Part shown: in pieces, positions 43,301-60,067 of the stretch
Numbering within the stretch: the stretch's first letter is position 1
Layout of the letters: every line of letters starts with the position of its first letter
Assembly (NCBI RefSeq): GCF_009914755.1
Contig: NC_060940.1
DNA from: the human T2T-CHM13v2.0 reference genome, Homo sapiens
Strand: one strand, 5' to 3'
DNA length: 64,000 nt
Translations under genes and position numbers: made by a program
Notes under the pieces: generated by a model
Told to the model about the DNA's origin: nothing
Databases searched by the model: none
What the model saw: the letters and a program-made list of their open reading frames with translations, nothing else

Positions 43301-44344
43301 CCATTCTTTGAGCAAGAACAGAGAACAATCCTTCAATATAGGTTCAATTACACTTGCAGGTGAAAAACTTCCTCAAGATTCACAGCTAGAAGAGATTGAG
43401 CAGAGATCTGAACCCAGGTCAGTCTGACTCCAGAGTCTGAACTCACTCCAATTCCTCAGTGACCTTCAAACTGGATCCCATGGACTCCTGGATTTCAGCA
43501 GGAGTGAGGCTCAGGGAATAAGGGAAAACCAAGTAGGGACAGGGCTTTGGGCTTGCTGTCCATCTCTTTGCCCACATGGATCCCCCTAAAAAACATGCGT
43601 CCTTATTTTCTCTCCTTATCCACAGCCTTCAACCTACACCATAAACTTGAACCAATCTTGAACTCGGCTTCCTAAACTGTATTTGATTTCTCTGGTTCCT
43701 GATCCTATTTTTTGTCCTTGGCCTCCTGCCTGCTCCTTGAATTTGACTCTTGCTGACACTTTTCAGCTCTGTTCTCTAACCTCCTTTCAAAACTTCCAGC
43801 TAGACTCACCCATTAAATAATAATCAGACTCTTCAGACTGATTTGTTCTTCTGACTCCTTCCTGGTCCAGCACCCAATGGTTGATACACACTCTTGGCTC
43901 ACTGGGGTACCTTGTGACTTTTAATAACACTAATAACTTTGGCAGCTGATTTAGTCTTTCTCTCCACCCTCAAGTCCTTAGGGACTTTGATTTCCAATGT
44001 TAATGAACCCATGTCCACATCTTCACCTCCCTGGTGCTTGACTTGCCAGCTCCAATGGAATTCACTTTCCTACCATTTCAGCCACCCACACCCAGGATCA
44101 TGATATGCTGAATTTCTGCTAGAATATAAATCCCAGCCTCCTACTTACCAACCACAACCTCATATCATTTCAACAAAGCCCTTCAATTGCATTCTTACTC
44201 ACACTCCCTTCCCCCTCCTCTTGAACCACTCTGCATCATTTATCCCCCCTCTCACTTATACCTTCAACCCATCCCTCTCATGCATCCTCACCATTCAATT
44301 CATGATACATTCTTTTCAGGCTAGAAAAACACTAAATCCCTCCT

Positions 44345-44818
44345 GCAACAGATGCTCTCAGTGTCCCCATCTGTAGCCCCTCAGTTCTTACCATTTTCAT
44401 CACTTTCATCCAACTTCCAACTGCCATCTCCTGTCTTTTTACGTGAGGACTTTATCTGGCTGCCAGAGCCTCCTTTCCCCATGCACATGGCCTGCTAAAG
44501 GTGCCTGGGAAATTAATGCTTCCCCAATCCCCAAGGAACGGAAGCTCAACCAATGACTAAAATTGGTGGATAAATATATCCCAGCTCCCCAAAGTTAATG
44601 GGGAATTAACTTTGAATACACAGTCCATACTGTCTTCCAGGGTTACCCAATAAAGTTAAGCTCCATATTCCCACATTCATCTTGCTTGCTGAAATATTCT
44701 TTACTGATGTCTCCTTTCTTCACCCGCCACCCATATTGGTGTTTCCTGGGATCATCTCCAAAATAAACCACTTGCACTCAATTCTGTTTCAAGGTCTGCT
44801 TTTGAAGGAATGCAGACA
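44345..44818 (+). mobile_element. ERVL LTR (LTR16-like)
   Basis: CCTGGGATCATCTCCAAAATAAACCACTTGCACTCAA...AAGGTCTGCTTTTG. Confidence 0.65.
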
Positions 44819-44819
44819 C

Positions 44820-46490
44820 CTCCCACAATCCAACATCTCCTCTGGGTCCTGCCCAATCTCTTGCTTGCCTTTCTTAGGCCAGCATATACACTATGTTCAT
44901 CTCTCTCCCATTCACTCTCCAACGCACTACAGTCTCGTTTCTGCCTCCAGCTTTTTCCTAAATGTATGGAGGTGTCTTCCCTTTTATTTGACCTCCGTGC
45001 AACTTTCAACATGTTGCCATTCTCTTCTCACATCTCTCTCCCTTGGCTTCACGACATCACTTTCCTGAACTTCGTACCTCTCTGCCATCCCTCGTCAAGT
45101 TCTTTCTCAGCTCTTTGAAACTCCAACCACCCTTTACATGTTGAGACTCCTAAACGCTCCACCACCCTTGGCCTTTTTCTCCTCTTACTCTGAGGTTATA
45201 CACCCTCCTTGGATGACATCATCCAATTATGAGTCATAGTTGACTTTCCAATTGTTTAATCCATGCAGAGTACAATCCCAAATGTCAGACCTTGACTCCA
45301 ACTGCCAATCGAATCCCTCCCGCATGTCCTAAACCCAAACCACTATCTATCTTTCCTTGCCCCTCTCTGGTTTATGTCACAATCATCCACACAGTCGTCC
45401 AAGCCACTTGGTGTCATCTTAAACTCCTTTCCCTGCTTTATCCCGGATACCCAATTCACCACCCAATCTTGTTGATTCGTCCTTGCAAACATCTCTCCTC
45501 TCCATCGTGACCCAGGCCCAGGTCACTGTCATCTCTTGTCCAGATTGCTGCCATAGCCTCTTTACCAGTTTCTCTGCCTCCAATAACCACAATCCAATCA
45601 ATTCCTTCTGAAACACAAATATCAGCCCCTCCTTCCCCGCTGCTTACAACCCTTCAATGCTCTCACTACCCTCAGGTAAGGTTCAAACCCCTTAACAGCC
45701 TTCCAGGACCCTTCCCAATATAGTCCCCTCCTACCTCTCCAGCCTCACCTCTCACCACCTTGCATGCCTTAGCCCAGTGGCTCTCAACCCTGGCTGAACA
45801 TTAGCATTACTTGGAGAGCTTTAAAAACATACCAATAAATTGACCCTGCTCCCCAAAATTATGATGTACATAATCAGGGATTAGGTGTGGGCATTTGTAT
45901 TTTTTCAAATCCCCCAAGTGATTCTAATTTGCAGCCACAGCTGTGAGCACTGCCCTAACCCAACTGAACGGGTTAGAGTTCTGCCCAGTTCCCACGTTCT
46001 CCCACATCCCTGTGCTCACCCATCCTGGCTCTGGCAACGCCTCCCCTTCGACTCGCTTCACATGGAAAACACCTACTTATTCTTTAAAACTCAACTCCAG
46101 GGAATCTTCCCTGACTCCAGCTTCTCAGCCTGAGCTAGGAGCTTTCTTCCAAAATCACACAGTCTCCTGCACTTAACCCTATCAGAACATTTATCACATT
46201 GAATATTAACTATCTATACCACCTCAAAAAAGTGGCAATCTTGTGAAGGTGACATTGTGGGGGTGGTATTTCATCATTACAACACCAGGGTCTAGCACAG
46301 TGGGTCACCCATTAGATGACTCAATTCCCGTTTGCTGAATGAATGAATGAATGAATGATCGTCACTCTCCTCTAGCCACGAAGGTTGGAACTTTGGTGTC
46401 TTTTTGTTTCTCTATCTCCCTCCCCTAGTTTCATGCTAGTACACATAGTAGGTGCTCAACAAATATTTGTTGGCTGAATGAATAAATGTT
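44820..46490 (+). mobile_element. L2 fragments including the 3' (TGAA)n end; MER5-like MITE at about 45775-45950
   Basis: ACACATAGTAGGTGCTCAACAAATATTTGTTGGCTGAATGAAT; CAGTGGCTCTCAACCCTGGCTG...GTGATTCTAAT. Confidence 0.7.
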
Positions 46491-46559
46491 AGACACAAGA
46501 AACGAGCATTCACCTTGTCCTCATTTTTACAGAAAAGCATTGGGGAGCAGAGACAAATC

Positions 46560-47200
46560 AAACTGAACTTCCTCCAGTTTTGCTAAAATGGAATTTGCCA
46601 AAGACATCCTGAAAAATGGATTTAATTAGGCCCGTTAATAGGGGAGTCGTTGGTGGCTAAGATTTAAAGCTGAGGCTAGAAAAGGTATCGATAATTTGAC
46701 CATTTTAAATCATATAGGAGGCTATTTGTCACTCCCACCCTAATTATAAGAATGCTTCTCAATGAAACCTCAGCTTTGGAGGGAAATGAAGCTGAAGGTG
46801 GAGGCAGGATCTGACATTTCATTGAAATGGAACAACAGAGGCATCACAGCAGAAACCCAGCTGTCTCAGCCCAGGTGTGCCCCCAACAGGGAAGGGGCTT
46901 AGTAGCATTGCACAGCCAGGTCTCATTACACTAATGATTGTCAGTACAACCCAGTGTGCCTTTTAATTGCAAGAAACATCCAGGAGAGGGAAAGGTGCTG
47001 CAGTCTCTAATGGCGAAGTGAAATTCTGCATAGGTTTTCAGAGCCACATGGATATCTTGCATTCCATTCTCCCATTAGGCCGTTATAGAAATTCAAATTC
47101 TAATTGGTTCCATAATCAGGTCCTGGAATCTTTCCACAATCTTTAGCTCACCACTGTCAGAAATACTCAGCTGCCCCCAAATTATGGAGCCAAATAAAAG
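46560..47200. promoter_or_regulatory. Candidate homeodomain-rich enhancer
   Basis: Repeat-free; TAATTA twice, TAATTG twice, ATCGAT, TAATGATTGTCA. Confidence 0.4.
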
Positions 47201-47355
47201 CTCAGTCTGGGGTTTCAGCTTCCTTCAGATACAAGGGGAATTGATCATCCATTGGGGAATAGTCTCTACTTTGGGGGCCCAGAAATTGACATAACAGGAC
47301 AGCAGGCATTCTACAAATCCTTATTGAATGTCACTTGATACTATGTGGTCTAGGC

Positions 47356-47885
<530 letters not shown>

Positions 47886-48217
47886 TGGCCCTAGCCACTA
47901 GGGATGCAGCAGTGAACTGGGCAAACCCCTCCCTCATGGGAAGCTTAAGACTTGAGATCAAACAGCTTGCCCACCCTCTCACGCCAGTAAATATGGAGAA
48001 TGAGGCTTTGAGCTGCTTCAGCCCAACTTCCCAGCTGCACTGCTCTACATGGCAAACTGAAGCCAGGTTCTGCCCGTAAGTGACCTTGAGAGAAAGTCTC
48101 TGCATCTTTCTGAGCCTGTCATCATCATCTGCAACGTGGGGCTCCAGCCTCACCCCCCAACGACCATGCTGAATGCCAGGGGTCTGGCATGGGATAGGTG
48201 CCCATGAGTGTGTACCC

Positions 48218-48574
48218 CTCACATTCCATGACTTGGGGCCAGCCCAGCCCCAGCTCAGGGGGTTGTGTGTGCTAATTTAGAAGTGTGGGGAGGTGGGGGG
48301 ACAGAGCTGGCAGCTAAGTTGGTCTGGGGGTCTGGGTGGCCATTAACTGCCCCCTGGCAATGTTTCCTCCTCCAGGAATTCAAGGGAGCTCCCCACCTGC
48401 ACCCCCAAAAGCCCTAGAGGAGGGGCACAGTTGACCGTTGCCTTCCTTTACAATCGAGGAAACTGAGGCTCCAGAGTCCAGGGTGCACGGGGGTCACACC
48501 AATGGGTCCAGTGTACCTGGGTGCAAAAGGATGCGGGACCCTCCAAGTCCTGCTTCCGTCCTACCCCTTACGTC
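48218..48574 (+). repeat. 357-bp direct repeat, copy 1
   Basis: Collinear with 49141-49497 from CTCACATTCCA to TTACGTC. Confidence 0.97.
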
Positions 48575-49140
48575 GTCCCTCTCCTCCCTCTGCTCTGCCC
48601 CGGGGGTCAGTACCAGTCTTCAGGGCGACAGAGGCAGAATCAACGGAGAAGTTCAAATGCAGACCGTTTCCTATTTTCTTGACAGCCTATTTCATGGATC
48701 ACAGAGACCCAAGTACAGCTGCTTATTCAACGGAGAAAAGAATGAATTCATTTTCATTCCTTAACACCCGATGTGACCTACTCTCTGTTGATCTCTCCCT
48801 TCAGAGGCTGCTGCCCTTCCCGCGGACTTTCAATTTGGCCAGAGAGAGAGAAAATGTGCAGTAATGACAGAATGTCCTGCCCGGAGAATGCCGGGAGCCG
48901 AATCACTGCCGTGCTGGTAATAAGTCCAAATGAAAGATATTATGTCACCGCGTTTGAATTAAACAGATGAACTATAGTCCTAGACCATTACAAATGAACC
49001 AATCTGCTGGACGGCTTCCAAGTGCTCCGCGCTGAGCGCCCCAAAAAGGTGCTAGGCTCCAGCGGAGTTTTATGTCCTCATTTTCTGCCAATAAGTCCTC
49101 CTCTCTGCGAATGTGGAGGAATAATTTGATGAAAAGACTG
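48575..49140. promoter_or_regulatory. Candidate enhancer core between the direct repeats
   Basis: Unique sequence, about 20 CpGs, repeated TCAACGGAGAA and AATAAGTCC, TGACAG twice. Confidence 0.4.
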
Positions 49141-49497
49141 CTCACATTCCACGACTTGGGCCCAGCCCTGCCCTGGCTTAGGGGGTTGCCCTAATTTAGA
49201 AGCTTGGAGTGCGGGGGGGTGGGTACGGGACAGAGCTGGCAGCCAAGTGGGTCTGGGGGCCCATTAACTGCCCCCTGGCAATATTTCCTCCTCCAGGAGT
49301 TCAAGAGAGCTCCGTATCGGCACCCCAAAACCCTCAGAGGAGGGGCACAGTTGACTGTTACCTTCCTTTACAAATGAGGAAACTGAGGCTCCAGAGTCCA
49401 GGGTGCATGGGGGGGGTCATACCAATGGGTCCAGCGTACCCGGGTGCAAAAGGACGTGGGACCCTCCAAATCCTGCTTCTGTCCCACTCTTTACGTC
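49141..49497 (+). repeat. 357-bp direct repeat, copy 2
   Basis: Collinear with 48218-48574; differences are enriched for CpG transitions. Confidence 0.97.
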
Positions 49498-49649
49498 TCT
49501 CTGAGCATACAGTTCCTACACACCTTCACCTCACCCTTCCGTGACTCAAGCAGCCTGTCCTTCGGGCTCTGCCACCTCCTTGATTCCTGGCCCAGCCAGT
49601 TGCTCCCCCTCTCTGAGAGCCTCTCTCCATCTGCAAACCTGTAGTTCAG

Positions 49650-49800
49650 GGGTGCACTTTAAGAGTTAGGCTGGACTGGGAGTCAGCAGACCCGGCTTGA
49701 ATCCCAACTCTGCTGCTTACAGTCCATGCAGATTTTAGAAATCTGTTCCCCTCACTGAGCCTCAGTTTCCTCAACTGTAATTCAGGACTTAAAAAGTCAG
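49650..49800 (+). mobile_element. MIR
   Basis: CTGAGCCTCAGTTTCCTCAACTGTAA. Confidence 0.75.
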
Positions 49801-50302
49801 AGTGTTCCTCGAAGGCCCCTCTGCCTCTAGCACCCACCTGCCACCAAAATCCTTTCCAACGTGCACTTAACATCTTTCCAACTTTAGAACTCAGCAGCAG
49901 GGTAAGATACAACTCTTATTAAATCCACCCGCAAAATGAGCACATTTGGTTTGCCTTATATTGATGATTATAAGGCTTAATATCAACACAAAATGATAAT
50001 ATTACGTAAGGCTACCGAACTTTGCATGTGTAACTTTCCAGTAAATAAAGCACATCGCTGCAAGTGTTTCACATGTACTTATTCAGCAAAACTGCCTGGA
50101 ACACCGTAGCACTGGGGACGTCTAGGCACTGGGGACACAGCTGCAACAAAACACACACTGTCTCATCTCAAGGATATCAACAGCTCACATCTACTAGCCC
50201 CATTTTACAGAGGAGGAAACCGAGGCTGAGAGGGCTTGGATAACTCACTCAGGAGGCAGAGCCTACATCTGACCCCAGAGTCTGTAAGAAGGAGCCTATG
50301 GC

Positions 50303-50886
<584 letters not shown>

Positions 50887-51076
50887 ATGTTGGTATTCTA
50901 GGGCATCTGAAAAAGGACATTTTTTTCATCCTTTGACTACATACTCACATGAGGGTAACCAACTCATTTTGGTTTGCTCAGAAGTGTCTGATTTTAAAAC
51001 TGAAAATTCCACATTCCAGAAGCCTCCTTGGTCATGTGCTGAATTGAGAAATTTTTTTGTTTTAGTCATAATCACA

Positions 51077-51705
51077 TTTTATTTTATTTTCTAACTTTAA
51101 TTTTAGGTTCAGAGGATACATGTGCAGGTTTGTTGTACAGATTATTTCATCACCTGGGTAATGAGCATAGGACCCTATAGATGGTTTGTCAATCCTCTTC
51201 CTCCTCCCACTCTCCACCCTCAAGTAGGCCGGGGGTCTGTTGTTCCCCTCTTTGTGTCCATGTATTCTCAATGCTTAGCTCCCACTTATAAGTGAGAATA
51301 TGTGGTATTTAATTTTATGTTCCTGTGTTAGTTTGCTTAGGATAATGGTCTCCAGCTCCATCCATGTTGCTACAAAGGACATGATCTCATTCTTTTTTAT
51401 GGCTGTATAGTATTCCATGGTATATATGTACCACATTTTCATTATCCAATCCACCATTGATGGGCATTTAGGTTGATTCCATGTCTTTGCTATTGTGAAT
51501 AGTGCTGCAATGAATATATGCATGGATGTGTCTTTATAATAGAACGATTTATATTGCTTTGGGTGTATACCCAGTAATGGGATTGCTGGATCGAATGGTA
51601 GTACTTTTTAAGTTATTTGAGAAATTGCCAGACTGCTTTCCACAGTGGTCGAACTGATTTACATTCCCACCAGCAGTGTATGAGCATTCTCTTTTCTCTA
51701 CCACC
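51077..51705 (-). mobile_element. Old L1PA 3' end
   Basis: The reverse ORF at 51275-51523 encodes the L1 ORF2 C-terminus ([19 protein letters not shown]). Confidence 0.95.
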
Positions 51706-52239
51706 CTAAACGCGCCCAGGATCTCTGAGAAATTCACTTGCTCCTAAGTGGTTACTGCCCTGCCCTGCCTGTTCTGTGCTTCGTGCCCTCTGCTGGCAAG
51801 AGGAGATTCCTGGCCTGGCCGGGGCACTGGTCTACTTCTGGTTCTCTCCTGAGACTCCAGGTCAGTAGTTGTGCCCTGCCTGAGGCCAACGAGGCAAACA
51901 GCCACGCTGCATCCAGCTCCAGGAGTGTTAACATCTCTGGGCCCTGCAGCTTGAAGCCCCCTGGAGTGTGACCCACGATATTCTCTGAGAAGGCCTGGTG
52001 TCCTTGGGGTCCCACAAACTTTGGGTCTAAATCGTAGCCTTGTCATCTCATAGTTCTGTGACCAGGTCTATGTTACATTATCTCTCCAAGCTTCCATTTC
52101 TTCAAACAGGTCCTACCACAGCCTTGGGGGCACATTTAGCATTCACTGAGTGCTTACTGTATGCCAGGACTGACCTCATGTTACCCTTGCTACAACCTAT
52201 GGAGCAGCTGCTGTCGCTTTTACAGACGAGGCACCAGCA

Positions 52240-52670
52240 GCCTCCACTGATGCCCCCACCCATGTCCTCTCCACACTCCGGAGTTGGCCTCAGGTACAGA
52301 CGGGACCTGGTGTGCTGGCAGATGGCTTCTCACTCAGCACTGTGTCTGCCTCTGGACTGTCTCTCCTTCACCCCAGGGCTTTCTCTGGCCACACGGAAGT
52401 TTTCCCAGCCCAGCTCAGAGAGAAGCCAGAGGTGCAATAGATGCCCCAGTGGGGATGGCAGCAATGGCTAAATGTCCAAGCTTCTGGGGTGCAGCCACAC
52501 CACTTCGCAGAGACCCCACTTCCTCCTTAAGGCCCCCTCACCAGCTGTCCTTTTTTTCTGGTCTTGCTGCCTATATACTCACCTGGGCATCTTGAGGTCA
52601 CCTCCCAAATAAATGACTGGTACCCAAGTCCATGTTTTATGGTCTGCTTTTGAGGAAACCCAGACTGAGA
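52240..52670 (+). mobile_element. ERVL LTR (LTR16/LTR33-like)
   Basis: GGTCACCTCCCAAATAAATGACT...GGTCTGCTTTTGAGGAAACCCAGACTGAGA. Confidence 0.55.
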
Positions 52671-52852
52671 AAGGTTAGGTCACTTGCCCAAGATCACATG
52701 GCGAATACATGGCAGATCCTGGATTTGAACTCAGACATCTGACTTCATATACCAAGTGCTTAATCACTTTGCTCTGCAGTTCTCACCTTGACCTAGAGAA
52801 AACTCACGGCCTCCTCACTGCTCAGGCAGCTTTCTCCTGCATCCTCCATTCC

Positions 52853-53207
52853 TGATAGGGTTTGGCTGTGTCCCCACCCAAATCTCAACTTGAATTGTAG
52901 CTCCCAGAATTCTCATGTGGAGTGGGAGGAACCCAGGGGGAGGTAATTGAATCATGGGGGCTGGCCTTTCCCATGCTATTCTCATGATAGTGAATAAATC
53001 TCACGAGATCTGATGGGTTTATCAGGGGTTCCCACTTTTGCTTCTTTCTCATTTTTCTCTTGCCACCACCATGTAAGAAGTGACTTTCTCCTCCTGCCAT
53101 GATTCTGAGGCCTCTCCAGCCATGTGGAACTGTAAGTCCAATTAAACCTCTTTTTCTTCACAGTCTCAGGTATGTCTTTATCAGTAGTGTGGACACAGAC
53201 TAATACA
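52853..53207 (+). mobile_element. THE1 solo LTR
   Basis: THE1 consensus; TSD (A/C)TTCC. Confidence 0.94.
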
Positions 53208-53900
53208 CTTCCCATCCCCATCCATCACACAAGGAGTCCACAACTAAGAATACCAGACAATTGTTTTGCAGGCCACACAAAGCTGCATGAGGAGGCCTGA
53301 ACAGAAGGAGGGGTGCATTCCTGGTGGCACTCAGCCCTCGGAAAGACTCACCACCATTCAGCCACCCCAGCCTCCTCCAAGATCCTGCTCCCCTGACTCC
53401 TTACCCTACTCAAGTGGGTTAACTCTGTGACTTCATCTTCAGCTGAAGTTTAAAGTTAAAGATGAAGAACCTGTCCATGACATTCTGGAATGGCCGTGTT
53501 TTATGACCAAATAACATAGACGACAGATATGCCTCTGATTTACCCCATCCCTAAATTGAACCTCATACACACACTCAGAGAACAGGTCCCAAGGGATGCA
53601 GAGAAGTGTCTTTTATATATGTTATGTGCAACTAAAACAAGTTAAATCCTAAGAGCCTCCACTGCGATAATAAATAAATAAAAAGTTGAAGCTTTCATAG
53701 TCTGTTTGGGGGAATTTTCCGAGAAATCCTCAGGAGAAATGTCATATGAAGGAGACACTTAAAGGAATGTTCATTTCAAGGAAGATAGCCATTAATAGAA
53801 TGGGTAAATTATGACATCCATCCATAGAATATGCTACAGTAGTGAAAATGAACTTGAACTACACATATAAGCACAAGTGTGTATCACAAATATAACATAG

Positions 53901-54656
<756 letters not shown>

Positions 54657-55386
54657 GGGTTATATCCTTTTATATTTCAAGTATAAAGATGTTCATGGCA
54701 ATGGTGAACATTACATTCAGGGTTGCCATAAGGAGAGGTGATATGAAGGGGTAAATGGATCTTGGGCAGACCAGTAGTATCCTATCTCTTCCAGTGAATG
54801 GTGAGAGATGAGTTTTATCGTTCCCTTTTTTCTTTTTTGGTATTTCCTAAGTAATCAAAAATTGGAGCAAAAAATCAATCACATGGCCACCCAGAGGAGG
54901 AATGACCTTTCTTCCTGGACAGATCACTCTTCCAAGCCATGGCTGAGCTGTTTCTCTCTAGAGAAGGCATACAGTCCCAGGTTCTGACTTCAGGGAGTGC
55001 CAGGTCCACCCAAGAGTCCTCCTGTTCTTGATTGCATGCTAAATGGGCCTGAGTAGGGAGGTACCCACAACTCTGGGCCCCCCAGGAATGACTCTCACTG
55101 CCCCCATGACCAGCCCTGTCTTGCAGCCCAGTCAACTCATTAGGAGCATGGGCTTAGGGCAGACAGCTGGCAGACATGGAGATGCCCAGAGAAGCTGCTT
55201 CATAAAGCGATTGTGAGGATGAGACCACGCATGCAGGCATTTGGCACAGTGCCTGACTCACAGCCAGCCCTGCAGAAACAGTCACTCTACTCTACTGCTC
55301 CAGCTCCCATGCAGGGAGGAACCCCCAGGCTGGTAGTCAGGGGCCTGCGTTCTAGCACCAGTCAGGTGCCAACCCATTGTGCATGA

Positions 55387-55697
<311 letters not shown>

Positions 55698-55965
55698 CAA
55701 GACTCTTCTTAGCAGAGCACTGACCACCCTGCAAGTGAGGACCTAGTAGGTGCTCAGGGACTCTCTAAAGTGAACAAGTGAGAGTCCTTATCCAGATAGG
55801 AGCTTGACAACGAGGAATCCTGGGAAAAGATAGAGGTATCCATCAAAGGATGGCAGGGGAGGCTCAGATAAGAGCACTCTGTGGGGAGACCCTTGGGGAA
55901 GAGTAGGGCCCCAGTGGGGGATGCTGAGGGCAAGAGGGTTTTGTGATTTAAAAGTACATATATGT

Positions 55966-56262
<297 letters not shown>

Positions 56263-56278
56263 AAAGTACATATATGTG

Positions 56279-56569
56279 AGGCAGAGCACACTGGCTCACA
56301 CCTGTAATCCCAGCACTTTGCGAGGCCAAGGCAGACAGATTGCTTGAGCTCAAGAGTTCAAGACCAGCCTGGGCAACATAGCAATATCTCCTCTCTACAA
56401 AGAATAAAAAAAAAAATAGCCAGGCCTGCTGGCACACTGCTATAGTCCCAGCTACTTGGGAGGCTGAGTGGGAGGATTGCCTGAGTCCAGAAGAGGGAGG
56501 TTGCAGTAAGCCAAGGTCCCGCCACTGCACTCTAGCCTGGGTGACACAGCTAGACCCTGTCTCAAAAAA
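56279..56569 (+). mobile_element. Alu (AluJ-like)
   Basis: TSD AAAGTACA(T/C)ATATGTG. Confidence 0.95.
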
Positions 56570-56574
56570 AAAGT

Positions 56575-56730
56575 ACACATATGTGTATTTGTGTGTATAT
56601 TCATGTATATATGCTTATACACGTATTCATGCATATACTTCTGTATGCACTCACATATATACATATATACTTGTGTATACAGTCACATGTACTAATATAT
56701 GTATTCGTATACACACATACATACATGTAT
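56575..56730 (+). repeat. Degenerate (TA/TG/CA)n microsatellite
   Basis: Alternating purine-pyrimidine tract. Confidence 0.85.
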
Positions 56731-57439
56731 AGTCTCTTTTAAAGCAGAAGGTTCCATTAGGGTCGGGCAGCGCCCTGCAGGCCCGCTTCGGGGCAGGCCC
56801 TGTCTTGGGTGCGTCCCGTTGGTGCTCAGAGCATCCCCTTGCAGAGTGACATTATCACGATCATTCCTCCATTTCCAAGGAGGAATAGCTATGGTTCAGA
56901 GAGGTTAAGTGGATCACGCAATGTCACCTCGGTGGTGGTCACAGGATTTGAACCACGGCAGGCCAGAGTCCTTTCTCTGGCTATACTCTAAGATGGCAAG
57001 GGGCAGTTATCCTAACTCCGGAGCACTGTGCCTGCTCTGTCTACCCTCCCTCTTCCTCCCCTCCCTCATTTTATTTTATCTGCAGCACTTCTCACTCTCT
57101 GAAATCTGTCCCCAGTCTGTTTGTCCCCAATCTAAACTAAGGCCCAAGAAGGAAGGGCTTGTCTGTCTTCTCCGTGGCTGTTCTCCAGAGTCCAAAAGGC
57201 CACCTCCCATTTATTTATTCTCAATTCATGTTTGTGGAGCATTCAATCCTCCCACCTATTTGCGGTGGTGTTAAGCACAGTTCCAAAGGCTGAGACTGGA
57301 GCCTGAGTGGGTCTGACTTCTCTGCGCCTCCTCCCACCCACGCACTCCCCCACGTGCTCCAGACCAAGAGGAGGCTGAGCCATTTCCGGAAGCCCATGCA
57401 GCCTCTGACTCTGGGCCTCGTGGACCCCACAGCTGGCCT

Positions 57440-58395
<956 letters not shown>

Positions 58396-58710
58396 CAAGC
58401 CAACTCTCCAAGTTAGAAGTTATTATGGCGTGTCACATGCAGAGAATCAATGCCTAACTTAGCAAGGGTTTCCCAGGAATAAATATAAGGGTTGGAGGCC
58501 TGGGGCTGACAGCCAATTTTCTGGGCTGGTGATGTTCTCCCTGACGATATTCTTTTCCATCTTCATAATGTGAGAAAGCATTGCTTTCCCACCAGGGACT
58601 TTGATGCTAGGGTAGGTATTGAGGTAGGAACACAGCTCCAGAACCCGCTGCAGAAACCATCAGGAGAAAACTAAATCTGGTGAAACACATCAGCAGTGTC
58701 TGTGAACATG

Positions 58711-59105
58711 ATGTATTAGTCCGTGCAAAGCAGGTGTTGCTGTGGTAACAAACAAACGCCCAAATCTTGATGGCTTAGTCCAATAACAGTTTACAGCTCA
58801 CTGATGTCACCAATACATTGGGCAGAGGGTAGTGGTTCTTCTCCACGCAGTCACTCAGAGACCCAGGTTCCAACCACGGTGGGGCTTTGCTGGGTCCAAA
58901 GAACAGCTTTCAAGGTCCCTATGGAAAGGGAAGAAAGAGAAGGACCATGCATGGGAGATATTTAATGGCCCAAGCCTAGGTAGTAAACATCCCTTCTGCC
59001 CACATTCTATTAGCCCTACCTACATGGAGTTGGAAATGTACTTTTCCTACAAGCCCAGAAGAGAAATGAGATGGTCTCATGAGCATATAGCATTGTCTGT
59101 GCCAC
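58711..59105 (-). mobile_element. Old MLT1 LTR (MLT1K/L-like)
   Basis: TGTATTAGTC...GCTGTGGTAACAAACA...CCCAAATCT...TGTCTGTGCCACA. Confidence 0.65.
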
Positions 59106-59718
59106 ACCAAGGAAGGATGGGACACTTGGTCTCCAGGAGCCACAGACGATATGATTATAACCAGGTTTCCTGTGAGAGCCTTGCCTGGAACTCTGAGTCC
59201 GGCTCTATCGGCTAAGCTGCTGGTCCGGTGGGTGCCAGTCTCCTGGGTGAAGAAATTGACATGCATGAGAGAAAGGGAACCTGGAGACAGAGGCTGAAAT
59301 GTGTGTTTGGCTGAGAGGAGGGTTTCTTGGGGGCAAACAACAAGGGACTGGGGACAGGAAAGGCAGCCCACAGCATAGTTCCAGAATGAGACGCCAGGTC
59401 CCACTGTAGAAAATGTCTTCTACCCACTTCTCCCTGGATCTTTCGGGGGTTTGGTACTCTGAGCTCAGAAGGATGCTGCTCCATGTGAGCCTTGAGGACC
59501 TGCGTCTCTGGAGGTCGCTGGAAGCAATGCCTGGGCAGGACAGCTCTGGTCTTATGCACAAGGGCAGCTAGGGCGGGGACCAAGTAAGAGCACTGCCCTC
59601 AGGTGGCTGCACAGGTGAGGCAGAAATGAGAAGCCTGGAATGAAACCACAGAAGCTCCATGAAATGCCTTCCCCAAGACTACCAGAGTAACCCACAGAGA
59701 CTTAAAAGGTAAACGCTG

Positions 59719-60067
<349 letters not shown>

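Noticed and set aside
48218-49497. Direct repeats as the LTRs of a novel mini-retroelement
   Set aside because: No TG...CA ends, primer-binding site, polypurine tract, poly-A signal or TSD. The arms include a MIR fragment, which indicates ordinary genomic DNA that was duplicated.
51275-51523. 82-aa ORF with real protein similarity
   Set aside because: It is the C-terminal remnant of L1 ORF2p in a truncated L1, not a host gene.
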